Part shown: piece after piece, positions 1-12,025 of the stretch | Position numbering within the stretch: the first letter of the stretch is position 1 | Layout: each line of letters starts with the position of its first letter | Assembly: GCA_035221665.1 (NCBI GenBank) | Contig: CM069174.1 | Coordinates: forward strand, 10,230,001 to 10,294,000 | From: Okamejei kenojei | Taxonomy: Eukaryota | Direction: 5' to 3' | Length of the DNA stretch: 64,000 nucleotides | The notes under the pieces: model-generated | Database searches by the model: none | The model's input: the letters and a program-made list of their open reading frames with translations, nothing else | What the model was told of the DNA's origin: nothing | Translations under genes and position numbers: made by a program

Positions 1-582
1 GCCACTAACTCAGCGGCTTGCGCTGAGAAATGCTTAGGTAGTGCTACGGCCTTGATGATCCTTGTGTCACCAACGACTGCATATCCCGCCATATTTTCTC
101 CAATCTCATTCTTTTTGCATGACCCATCAATATAAAGAGTTAGGTCTTGATTCTTCAGCGCCATGTCTTTCAGGTCAGGACGTGGCATGACCAGTTTGTC
201 CGTTTCTTCCAAACAGCTGTGTGGTTCTCCGTCCGCTTCGGTTGGCAGTAGGGTGGCCGGATTCAGCATAGTACATCGCTCGATTGTCAGGTTAGGTTGT
301 GAAAGCAGTACCGCCATGCAGGAAAGGTGTCTTGCCGGTGAAAGATATGAGATCTTTTGTTGTAACAGCAGTACGGCGACCGCATGTGGGACCCGCTGTG
401 TTAAGGTCCAGTACAACACTATGGTGGCGGAAGCTTGTACCGCAAGGGACGCAGCAATAACTGCTTGCAGGCAAGTCGGCAGTGCTCGCGCCACCTGATC
501 CAGTTTCTTAGAATAGTATGCCACGGGCTTCATCTTTCCCCCGTGTTCTTGTAGCAAGACCGATGTCGTATATCCGTTCTTC
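1..582 (-). pseudogene. pol: ERV pol fragment: RT connection/tether and N-terminal RNase H
   Basis: Manual translation of a stop-free frame missing from the ORF track because it runs off the edge: [41 protein letters not shown]...PHAV...LNPATLLP...RPDLKD...LYIDGSC...AGYAVV...SAQAAELVA. PVAYxSKKLD, [11 protein letters not shown] and SAQxAEL are hallmark class I retroviral motifs. Confidence 0.93.
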
Positions 583-1488
583 ATTATCATTAGGTTCCCA
601 TTCGAAATGCAATCCTGCCGCGTTATGGGGGTTCCAATCCCCTTCAATCAAACACCAATCAAAACCGAACATACTTCGCAAGGCTTGTTCATATTCAACA
701 CTGTTTAACCGATAACTCACGACCAGGTTTCCAAAATCCCGTTGCCACCTTGTGAAACTCTTTTGGGGTGTGTTATCCCTTCTACTGCCTTCTTAACATC
801 CTTGAGTGTCCACGCCTGATATACATATACCGGCTGGGCTGCTCCATTCTGGATTAGGCATGGCTATCATTGGCAAGATATTCCGCTCCCCTTCGCCCAC
901 TTGGTTAAAGGTCGGGCGAGGCGGGCTCATTAGGGCCCCCATTCCTCGGTTTATTTGTTCCATAAATGGTTTAAAATGAGTTCCTGACCTGGTGATGCTT
1001 GGATTTTGTAAACCTGGTATGGGTCCGTGATCTCGGGCCGTCGCGGTCCCAGCTTCGCTCCTTTCTCCCGGTGGCAAGGCCACTACACCTTCCTGAAAAT
1101 AGGGAGGGGGGTGGGCACTCGCCGTCCTGGGGTTCGCCGGCAAAGGCGTCAACGTATTTTTAGGCGGCGATCGATAGAAGACCTTGGTGTCTCCTTTCCA
1201 TAGGTACGCCGTCGTCTGTTCTTCTTTTTGCTTTTTCTCCTCCTGCCCGTCCTTCCGTGCTTTGGCTACGCCGAGCCAAATTTGTGCCTGTTGGTAGCCT
1301 AACTTATTTTTGTTTATACGTTTCTTAACGGCATCATTTAATATTGCGGACATTAGTTTAGAACAATCGTCTACCAATAATTTACCACTAAACCCATAGT
1401 CCCTTTTCCACCTCATTAGGTGTTTACAATTTTGTTTGCTATCTATAAACATGCATTTTTCATAATTTTTTGAGTTTGTCGAACCCAT
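583..1488 (-). pseudogene. gag: ERV gag (MA, late domain, start of CA), frameshifted and truncated
   Basis: ORF 793-1488 starts MGSTNS (myristoylation-type M-G-x-x-x-S), is basic and has a PPPY late domain. It continues after frameshifts as YVYQAWTLKDVKKAVEGI and SYRLNSVEYEQALRSMFG, then joins pol at ~582. Confidence 0.8.
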
Positions 1489-2077
1489 ACTCCCCTCTCG
1501 TTTACACTGTCAGTACTTACAATTTTCTTTTTCCTTCTTCAAGTCACACTTGACAAGGGTTTATGAAGTCCCAGACTTCCGTGGCCGTGCCACACGAGTA
1601 GTTGCACTTACTCGGACAATTATTCGCAACAGTTGTCTCTTACCCTTCGTTTTCGTTTTTCCTTTCCTGTACAGTTTCGCGAGAGTACAAAGTGGTTTGT
1701 CAAAATCAAACAGTTTACCTTTTCAGTTTGTCGAGCCCATTCTGATTCCCTCCTCGAGACTTACGACGATACTTTTTTCCTGTCAAGTCCAACTTGACTC
1801 TGAAGTCCCAGACTTCTTTGGCGACCCAATTGCCGGAGTAGTCCAACTACTCTCTTCAGTTGTCCCGGCAATTCTGTATGTCGTCTCTGGTCTCCGAGGA
1901 AGGTAACTAAATACAACTCAGCAAAGTCAAAATTACTTAACCCGGGTCCGTTTCCTACGGAACATTCAGTTTTATCTCGGTCGTGTCGATTGGACCCCGT
2001 CGCTCTGTTTCCACCTTCCGTAAATCCTTAAAGTGAGCGCTCTTGGTTTATTGGAAGAAGGCAACAGAGGTATTGGG

Positions 2078-2095
2078 GCCCCACATTGGGCGCCA
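2078..2095 (-). promoter_or_regulatory. Primer-binding site, tRNA-Lys(CUU)/Lys1,2 type
   Basis: - strand TGGCGCCCAATGTGGGGC, one mismatch to the known Lys1,2 PBS TGGCGCCCAACGTGGGGC; 4 nt downstream of the LTR end ...TCTAACA. Confidence 0.88.
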
Positions 2096-2099
2096 ATTA

Positions 2100-2483
2100 T
2101 GTTAGAAATATTTTTCCCAACAAACGACAGTCACAGAAATTTAGATCCAATGTTTAATACATGAGAGAGGATTGCACAGAGTACAGGCGTCTAAGTGAGT
2201 CTCTCTGTCGAAGCAGTGCCCAAACTCATTCTTTTATACAATGGAGTAAACAAGGATGTATCGACCACAACTTAATCTCATCACGCAGGTATCGGACACA
2301 ACTTAATCTCATCACACAGGACCACAACTTAGTCTCGTCACACAGAGTACAAAGTACAAAACCATAGACAGCACATAATGTCATCCCAAGATAGACTTGC
2401 CCATACATGATTCTTAAAGGTACAATCCCCGATAATAACTATAGGAATGAATTTTTATATCACTATCTCCACCAAATCTAATA
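2100..2483 (-). repeat. ERV 5' LTR (~384 bp)
   Basis: Ends in CA next to the PBS. ATTAAA at 2153-2158 and TATAAAA at 2232-2238 (- strand); three ~26-31 bp tandem U3 repeats at 2258-2346. The outer boundary is inferred from TCTAATA (2477-2483), a one-mismatch inverted copy of TGTTAGA. Confidence 0.75.
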
Positions 2484-5400
2484 TTTGGGTCGTGATGCCG
2501 GGTCTCTACCTGAAATGCCTCTGCCTCCACAGATGCTGCTTGGCCAGCTGAGTTCTTCCAGAACCTGTTTTTAACTCCGGCGTTTATTTTGCTGACTTTC
2601 CCACAACACAAAGAGCACCAGTACAACAGAGGCTCCAGGGGTATTACTAACTTTTCTTTAGAATAACTAAATGCAGCATTTAATGCCAGGCTTCTTGTTT
2701 ATTATGAGGAGACTGCTGCAATACTTTAGTTTCCAATTTCCAAGCCACTGCCGTGAACTGGAGTCTCACTTTTCCAATAACCAATAATTTGTTTAAAAAG
2801 AATTCCAGGGAGCACAACCATTATAAGTGTTTAGACAACTCTTTTCTGAGGGGTACCAATAATGCAATCGAGCAGTGCAATTCATTTTGCTATTTTCTTT
2901 TCATTTTGTTTTTTAAACAATATTAGCCATGTCTTGTAACATAGAAACACTGGAGATTAATATGTTTTTATATTTACAAACCCAAGTTTAGCACTTCAAG
3001 TTGAGTCTTGTTTGCAGTTAATTCTCCTCTGTATTTATCGTAGCAAGTCTGGGCAGAACCTCCCTTTCTACCGAGTCCATGTACAACATGTTGTGTAAAG
3101 AAGTCTCTACAATCTTGTCTGTTCAATACCAGATCCTAATTGGCAAATTAGCTGTGATTTGGTTTGTAATCACTGTATATCCTGCAAAGAGTTTGCAGCA
3201 GTCCCTGCTGGATACCTATGCAGACATCAGAAGCCATAATTTGTCAGGTTTGAATAGTTAATGGTGCTGGGTGGCTCCTGCTTACTTTTACCTTGCTTTC
3301 CCAAATTCCCCGGTTAATTTAGTGGCTAAACCAAAGAAGGGTTGTGGTTCATGGTGGAGACACGAGATACTGCAAATTCTGGAATCTTGAGCAATCTTGC
3401 TTAGTTTGAAGAGGTTCCCCGCTATCTGACGCGAGTTATGTACAATCTTCTTTCACTGCTTCCCCTCTGTAGAGTCTGAAGAAGGGTCCCAACCTGAAAC
3501 ATCATCTGTGCATTCCCTCCATAAGTGCTGCCTGACCCGCAGAGTTCCTCCGGCAGTCTGTAGTTCAAAGTGCCTTTTTAAAATATGGGCTATTCATTCT
3601 CTTTCCCTCCCAGAGACATTGACCTGCTTGAGGTCACATTTCCTCAATAGGTAATCCCGTGGCCAAATCGGCTGCTGCTACAGTCTCCAAATCATACAGG
3701 AGATCATCATAGCTGCCCTGTAAGCTATGCATTTTACGCCTGATTTGTGATTTTGATTCTGAAATGCATGTTTTCCCAGTCAGCCAAAGACCATGCAGGT
3801 GCACTGAAGGCTGTGATGAATTTCACTGTCGATTGGTCTTCACTGAGAGGTGCCCCACAATGTAAGGAATAGCTCACCTTTCTTTGTGATGTTAACGAGA
3901 GCCATTTGTGGGGGGTTTTGTTATAAGCAGTAACATGGGATGGGAGGAGATTAACAGAAGCAAATAGTAGAATCCTTTCTATATTTACAAGTGGATGCTA
4001 GAGCTGCCAAAGCGAATGTCACCTCAAGATACAGTAGGTAGTAATAAGGCTATTCAGACCAGTCCAGAGAGTGCAATGTTTTGCATTACTTTTCACTACA
4101 TCTAGATCTGTTACGCAGTTACTAATCTCCCTTTCAGAATCTGCTGGTGTAGCCATTTCTTTGTCATCTGCTCTTCATTGGTACCATTCCACACATAGCT
4201 AAATAATGTGGTAGAGTGCACGGATACTGATCTCCTCCAGGCTTTTTTTTTGTAAAAGAAAGCCTTTCCACAGGAAGGTGAAGCTAAATTTAATGAAGAG
4301 CCGATCAAGCAGACCTGGGAATGTTTGCAACTTGACAAAGGCAAAACTTGCATCCTTGCTTCAATTAGGAACATTGCAATCTGTGAAACGTTTTTTTGTT
4401 TGACTAGAGATCTAGCAATTCCTACTGTTTCATATTGAGAATTTGCAGTAGACTGTATGATTTCCCTCAATGCTAACCATGCTGCTACTTCAAACCCCCC
4501 CACCCAACCCCTCACACTTCCCTCTGTCCTCCTCCAAGCCTGGGTTTGACCCCAGCCCTTGCCCCGTCAGGTTTCCACCATCCCTAACCTCCTCTTTCAG
4601 ATGCGGAATGGTCGGTCCTCAGCAAAGGCTTTAGATTTGTACCCCTGCACCCACACATCGCGTTCTGAGCCCGTCATTAAAAAGTCTGATGAGTCACCTA
4701 TCCATGTCTCCAGAGATGCTGCCGAAAGATCTTTGATGCTGCCTGCTGAGTTACTCCAGTGCTTTGTGTCTTTTTTTTAAACCAGCACCTGCAGTTCCTT
4801 GTATCTTCTTACGGTACAGAATATACAAGTTGTATTCTTGGAGCTGACCTTTGCTGGATTTCAACCTGGGATCGTTATCCAAATAAAACACGGAGGTAGA
4901 ATTTGGATCGTGTAACACCATGTGTTTACGTGCCATGCAGCTCAATCAATGAGAAATCGTACCTGATGATAATCAGGGACTTGCGATGAGCTTTATAACT
5001 CCTGTGGATTTTTTTTCCCTTCCAATTCCTTTGTGCGCCTGACACATCGGTTGGGTGGACGGACACCAAGGGTGGTATCCACTTTCATGGGTGCCACTTC
5101 CGGGATTACTGTCCGCATGTGCATTGCTCCTGTTACCCACCTTCCTCTGGTGTACAAGCAGGTCCTTGCAATGCTCAAGATCTGCATGTGTTATTTAAAA
5201 AGGAATTAAAACATGATTCTGAATATAGACAGTATCTGTGGCAAAAGAAACAAGGTTAATGTTTCGGGGTGAGCTTCCATTGTTAACAGCATTTTACATT
5301 TTTGGGGGGATTTCCAATATCAACGTTATTTTTTAGGTTGTGGACTCTGTGAACTCTCCAATGATGGATCTTGTCATTTAATATACTTTACTATCCCTTG

Positions 5401-6364
5401 CTGGGGTTCCTCCACCAGCTTTTAATTCTTGTTCTGCAGCTAGTAAGGACGTATTACATTTGATTTTCCCATCTAAACCTTTGATTGTATATTGTGAACG
5501 TCTGGGACTCCTGCACCAATCCCTGTGGCACACTACTTCTCACAGCCTCCCAGCCCAAAAATGACTTGTTTATTCCTGTTTGATCATGTGCCTGTTAACA
5601 CACATGCATGGTTGGAGTATTGGTTATCACCAATCCTGATATCTGGCCTAGCTCGTCCTACCAACCTGTCGCTCAACCTCTCTACGATATTAGAATTCTG
5701 ATGTCCATTCCTACTGGCACCTGATTTTCTGGATGTTTACTTTGCACACCATGCAATAGCGCAAAGCCTGATTTTCGTTTCGCAAGACATCTTTGGCCTT
5801 CTGCACCACTGAATTTTCCTTGAACATAACATTGACCTGCATTCCACAGATAGTTCAAACTGCCTAAACGGGTGTCATGGTAGGCACAAGGCCTGTAATA
5901 CAGAGCACCAAGAAAAATGGCACGCTCTATTTTCGCTTAAGGACTGTCTGTTGCAGGACGAATAAAAAATGAAGCATAGTTTAAAAGAAAAATGAGCCAT
6001 TCAGCCCAACTACCCATCTACTTTGGGAGTCTTGTCCGTTCCATCTGTTTGGTCCGTGTCTCTACTTTCTTTTCTCATGTACTAGTCCAGTTTCTTTAAA
6101 GAAATAAGGCGTACAGGTGCAGCGTTGCGCCCTGATTTCAACATTCAGTCTGCAGCAATTAGGAAATACAGCTCAGTCGGGAGGATCATTTGTAGAAAGG
6201 TGAAATAAAATCTGACAATGCTGGAAATACTCAAGGTTTATCAGCATCTTCGGAAGGAGGAACAGAGTTCATATTTCAGGCCGAAGACCTGAACTCTGTT
6301 TCTTTCTTCATAGATGCTGCCCAACCTGCTGAATATTTCCAGCACTTTAAGTTTCTATTTCTGT

Positions 6365-6503
6365 CTTCTTCTTCTTTCATGTGGCGTGCACAGCCTAAAG
6401 TTGTTGGATAACTTGTTCTATTTGATCTTCTGTGTGTGCACGTCGAGTTGATTGTATTAGTCGAAACAGGGCGGACCACGTGAAAGTTGCAATCTTCCAC
6501 CCC
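6365..6503 (-). repeat. Dispersed ~135-bp repeat with (GAA)n tail, copy 1
   Basis: Closely similar to 50703-50840 in the opposite orientation; family not recognised. Confidence 0.8.
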
Positions 6504-7539
6504 CCTCTACTTCCGTCATCCAGCATCGTTTGGTGGTGGTAGAGATCAGAAAACCTGCAGGGAAGGTTACTCATTGACCCACTACCTGCTAATTCAAGGA
6601 GTTTAGTGTATCCTGTCCATGTATTTTGTTTACTCCCAATGCTGTTTTAGTGAATCTACTTCGAAGGAAACTGGTGGTGCTTATTTTTGTCTCTGAACTG
6701 TATGGAAATAAAATAAATTCACTGTACTTGGGTACATGTGACAATAAAGTACTATTGAACCATTAACTGAGTTGGACCTGTGGCCACGATTGGAATGCTG
6801 TGCAAGGTGAAATTAAGTTTGCAATAACAAACCTTTAGCCAACTACAATAGGAAATGTATTATCAAGGAAGCAGTGCATTGAAATCAGTCCCAATTAATT
6901 GGTTCTGGCAGAGAATTGCACCCGTAATGTACAATTGAGCTACAATGCAAGGGTGCAAGAGTTGCCTTGTGTTTGCATTTCACTTTGATTTTCAAAGGAC
7001 ATTTCTCCCGTCAGTTCCTCACACAGTCTGTTGTCCAGGCTTTGGGGCTGTTTTCATTCAGCATTGATGAAGCCCAAGTGTGCCACAGGACCTGTGCTGA
7101 AGAGGTGCCCTGCTTTCCTGAAGCTGTCACGTGACAATAAAGGCAGAACTCTGTGCAATCTGTGGCATGGAAGTTCGTTTGAACGGTAGCACAAAATGAT
7201 TGCTGTTGTCTAAGCAGTCGGAGTTGTTCCTTGCCCTAGCATTTTATTGGTCTGTCCCACAGTTGCTGCCAGAAGTTGACAACAAGCGGGCAGTCGACGT
7301 AAAACCCTGTGTGTTGCCCTCTCGACCGAGTTGAACTTTTGTCCATTTCAGTCTCTTCAGCATTGTGGCTTTCTGCTCTGGGTTATGGATACAAGCGAGA
7401 AACACTCTGATCCCTGAGCCTGTTTATTTCTGTCCCTTTCCGTATCTCTTTATACATCTCTCATTAATCCAGGAGGCATGAGGCCAAAGTGTCTGATTGA
7501 GCAACTTGGGCCAGATCAGAGAATAAAACGTTCCAAACT

Positions 7540-8240
7540 ATTCTAAGTCGGGTCTAGACTGCACCATGCTCCTGAATACCAAACTATTAGGTGGGCTGCT
7601 CATTTTGCCTCCTATTTTGGTTCTCTCTGCTGGACCCACTAGCAACGCATCTCCTAAAGCTGCCAAGGTAGGTCTGGAGATGACCTGCTCTCGAGTGTCC
7701 GCTGTTCCCGCTGCCATTCTGCGGAAGAGGGTGGCGAACGTATGATGTGGCTCGTTGACTGTCATGCCCTCCTCATAGTTGGGTTTGATTTGGAGTTGGG
7801 AATTAACCCAGTGTCCATCCATTTCCTCCTGCGGGGCTCTGGCACGGTGACGTCCTCCGATTTTTGCGCTCATTCAACGTTTTGTCTCCATGGGGTTTAA
7901 CCTCTTGCACCAAGATCGTTAAAAGACATGGTGCAGTTTCCTGTTCCATTTGCCTGAGCTGAGTTAGCTGAGTAAGGAAAGCAACCTTGTGCTTTGCCAC
8001 CTGCCATTTTAATTGTTTCCCCCAGGTGCTAATTGCTAAATTTCTGTAACGCCGAACTGTGGAAGAGCGACAGCACTTCTGAATGTGACCTGACTCCAGT
8101 GATGGATTTTGGAGGAGGTTCCCTGTTGTAGATCCAAAATGCCTTCCCTATGGTCATGAACGGTGACGACTCTGAACAAAACTAAATTAGTGCTGCTGCA
8201 GTTTCTGCTCCTGCCATGCAGGGAGCTCATTTTTACCCAT
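7540..8240 (-). mobile_element. Possible decayed LTR-retroelement gag-like fragment
   Basis: Overlapping short - strand ORFs with coding-like sequence (FLTQLTQLRQMEQETAPCLL...); no diagnostic motif. Confidence 0.25.
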
Positions 8241-9049
8241 CTGTCTGTCCAGATGTAGTGGGTTTTCTACATTCTTCCTGCAGATGCTTGGTTTTCAACA
8301 TTGTTTTGAAAATTGGCATTATTATAAAGAAATGCAGCAGTCATTTTTTTTTGCCAAACAAACCAGATAGCCCTTTTGATGGATAAGTATTAGCCTGGAT
8401 ATTTTTTGTGTTTGGGGAGCAGAAAACTGCTCAGATTTCTGCTCTGGGATTTTCCCTGTGGGCCACTTTCAACATCTTGTCTGAAGGACAGCACATCTAT
8501 CCTTGCAACATGGCCGCGGTACTGCTTTCCTGCATCAGCCTGGATTCTGTGATCCTAGAGCGCAGCTTAAATCTACAACCACCTCACTGCTGAGGTGACT
8601 GGTGCAGACTGCTTCCTCTACTAAAAAGCAATGTGGGTCATAATAGGTCCTGGTTATGGTTGCCTTTTCAAATTGTGTTTTTGATTGAATATACAATGCC
8701 AGCTCTGGCCAGAGTTTTGGGCATATGTGTAAAGGGCTGACGAGACAGGCTTGGTTTTCCTGTAGCATCAACTTGCCTCATCCCAGTTTGTTGGGCATGT
8801 GTGACTCCCCTAGTGCAGCGGGTGAATTCACTGAGTGGGGTGGCTGTGAACCAAGAGAAACCAAGTTACTGAGAGGTGTCGGTGTCTATGCAACTGGTCC
8901 CTGGCCTGAAGAGTTGCTGAAGCAAAATTGTTAGGGAGAAACTGTCTGGAAAGAGGTCAGCTGAAGTAGGGAGCATTTCTAATGTCTAAATTGACCAGTC
9001 CAATCTAATGATCACTGCAGAATCAAACTATGCCTCTGCTTTCTTTCAG

Positions 9050-9100
9050 GCTCCCTGGTTCTGGGACACACGACATTGCTGGTACAACTACCCATATCAG
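9050..9100 (+). CDS. CERS5: Ceramide synthase 5, internal exon (51 nt)
   Basis: ttctttcAG|GCT...CAG|GTgag; APWFWDTRHCWYNYPYQ. Confidence 0.95.
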
Positions 9101-10782
9101 GTGAGAGCCGAATAATGGAGGTGCAGTCATAAAATTGTACAACATAGAAACACGCCATTTGGCCCACCTCATCAACTGTCAACTGTGATGCCCATGTCTG
9201 CTAATCCCATTTGCCTATATTAGCCCCGTATCCCTCTATGCCTTTCTTGACTAAGTTCCTGTTGAAATGCCTTTATATTGTTTCAGCCTCTACAACCACC
9301 TCTGGCAACCCGTTCCAGTCAACCACCACCCTCTGTGTGGAACAATTTACACTTCTTCCCTTAAACTTGTGTCCTCTAATTTTGGACTCTCCTACTCTGG
9401 AAAAGAGACTAACAAACTATCTATCCAAGCCCCTCATAATTTGATGAAAGTTACTCCCTCAGCCCCTAACATTCCAGTATGAATATAACCAGCCCCCTAA
9501 TCCAATCTCTTCTGGTAACTTAAAGCTCTCCACTCCTGGCAACTTCCTGGTGCATCTCTTCTTTCTATTGCCCCTACATCCTGTAGTGCAGTGACTAGAA
9601 CTGTACACAGTACTCTTAAGTGCAGTCTAACCAATACTTTACTGGTGCAACAGTTGGAGTCATTCTTGTTGGGTTCCTGTCCTGCAGTTTGCCCTTTCCC
9701 CCATGAACTGAACACTGTGTCGACGAGTATTAAGCAGCAGAATTTACTGGTTTCGAATTACTTATGGTTATTATTGCCAAATACGTCATTAATAAAACTG
9801 CACCCGATTTGTGATAATAAGTGAGACTAATTTATAATGTGGGGCCCTTTTAAAGGATTATATAATGTAACCCTATTTTAAAAAAATCAGAACATGTTTT
9901 AAATGACCTTCCTGAAAAAAATCCTATGGAATTCCTTTACTTGCCTCTACATCTGGGGACCAAGATTTGAACTCCATCTAGGCTCGAGTCATAGAGCTGC
10001 ACAGCAAAGAAACGGGCATTTGTCCCAAGTTGGCCTACTAGGTTAGTGCCATTGCCCTGCATTTGGCCCATACCTGTCTAAACCCTTCCTACCCAAAAGT
10101 CGTGGAATAATATAAAATGCTGGAAAAAATCAGCAGGTCAGATGACTTCTATGGGGGAGAGAAGCCACATTAATGTTACCTGTTGTCAAAGTCAAAGTCA
10201 AAAGAGTTTATTGTCATGTGTCCCTGACAGGACAATGAAATTGCTGATCATTCTTCAAAACTCTGGCATAAGAATGTGACACTAAACTTTTTTAAAAGAG
10301 CACTATGAATCTTAATGCTTTTTAAAAGCACCAGCTGTGAGATTCTTTGCTTGCATACCCAAGGTATACAAACGAAAGAAAAAAGACAAAGTTCTGGAGT
10401 AAATTTCTCCTCTGCAAAGGGTCACTTTAATCACTTCCAGCCTGTGTTACTTAAGGAAAACTCCCTGACATAAACTCTCATTTTATATATTTAAAAAAAG
10501 ATTGAAGCCTTTTGAAATTTTGGAGATCAATAAAGCCTTTTATACAACAGTGTGAAATATGATCAACATATCAGGTTCAATACAATAAGAGCTATCAATT
10601 AGTTTTTTTATGTAGTTAAGAGCAATATTGACTTTTTTATGAAGAAAAGTCTGATCTAAATATGATGCGTTCAACCGTGTGATTTCAAGGTTCTCATTAG
10701 CGTGATATTTGTGTTTTATACAGGGACCTTTTATGCATGAGACTATACATTGGCAAATAAATGTTTTCTCCTTTTCCTACAG

Positions 10783-10875
10783 CAACTGGAATTTGACATG
10801 TATTATTATTACATAATGGAGCTGTCATTCTACTGGTCGCTGATGTTTTCACAGTTTACAGATATTAAAAGAAAG
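10783..10875 (+). CDS. CERS5: Ceramide synthase 5, internal exon (93 nt)
   Basis: cctacAG|CAA...AAG|GTaag; [31 protein letters not shown]. Confidence 0.96.
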
Positions 10876-11619
10876 GTAAGCAGCTGGATTTCCTATTGAG
10901 TTCCAATCCTATTGAGGTGTAATCTCTTCTAAATTGGTTGGAAACTCCAGCATTGCAGATGCTGGTCTAATTACAGTTTTTCTTTACTTAATCACTTACT
11001 ATAACAGGAGAGGAAGGCTATTCGACCAATCAGGTCCACTCAAGCCCTGAACACAATAGTCTAATTTTCACCTCATTATTTCCCTGTAGTTTGACAACTT
11101 ATCAATTTGGCAGTTTTATGTTACATTTATTTTTTCGAAAGAGCTGGCTCAAACCTGACAAGCTAAATGTCTGCCTTCTGGGCTGGGTTCTGTTACTGAA
11201 AGCTTCTCTGTAGGGAATGGGGAACATGTCCTGCAATGTTCTGCTTTTCTTTTGTGATACTAGCATCCTAATGTTTTATTTATTTTTTCTAATTGGAGAA
11301 CCATTTTGAATGCGAGATCAACTTTTAACTTGCATATGCTCAATTTTTAGATAATTAGCCATTTAAGTACTGTGTAAGTGGGTGGGGGGAAAAACATTGA
11401 GCACTTCATTTTATCTAGACCTTATTTTTAAAAACACTTTGCTCTGTCCTCTTTATTTGTGCCACATTGTTTTGACAAAGCCTCTTGACAGCAGGTGCAG
11501 TACTGGACTGCATGAAGCTGCTGAAGTGTTTGATTATGTGATTGCAGCTTTCCCACCTTTCATAAAGGAAGCAAAGTTGAACCAAAACCATTTTTGTAGT
11601 GATTGGTTTGAGGATGAAT

Positions 11620-12025
11620 TTCTGTGAGTATTATTCTCAACGTGGGAAAAACGAAGGAGATGGTTGTTGACTTCAGGAGGGCGGGAAAACAACGCCATAC
11701 ACCTCTGCACATCGATGGAGCTGATGTGGAAAGGGTCAGCAGTGTGAAGTTCCTAGGACTCCACCTGTCGGATGACCTGACGTCCACGACCAACACCACA
11801 GCACTGGTCAAGAAAGCCCAGCAGCGACTACACCCTCTCCGAAGACTACAGAAAGCAGGTCGCCCCACTGCACACCTATGAACTTTTTATAGGGGGACAA
11901 TCGAGAGCACATTAACCTAGCATCACCTCCTGGTTCGGGAGCTGCAAAGGCGTACGAACGGTACCAACTGGACAGGATTGTGAAGACCGCCAGCAGGATT
12001 ATTGGTGCTCCACTCCCTTTATTGC
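11620..12025 (+). mobile_element. Non-LTR retrotransposon RT C-terminal fragment (Rex1/Babar-like)
   Basis: LNVGKTKEMVVDFRRA...VERVSSVKFLGLHLSDDL...VKKAQQRL; frameshifted continuation FYRGTIESTL. Confidence 0.8.

Larger units (their letters stand above)
1..2483 (-). mobile_element. Endogenous retrovirus, class I (gamma/epsilon-like), internally deleted; continues beyond the window's left edge
   Basis: On the - strand, in order: LTR, PBS, leader, gag, then RT-tether/RNase H (see sub-features). Confidence 0.9.

Noticed and set aside
163-715. + strand ORFs 163-498 and 518-715
   Set aside because: Antisense shadows of the ERV pol and gag.
1550-1906. 118-aa + strand ORF
   Set aside because: Antisense to the ERV leader, non-ATG start, no recognisable motif.
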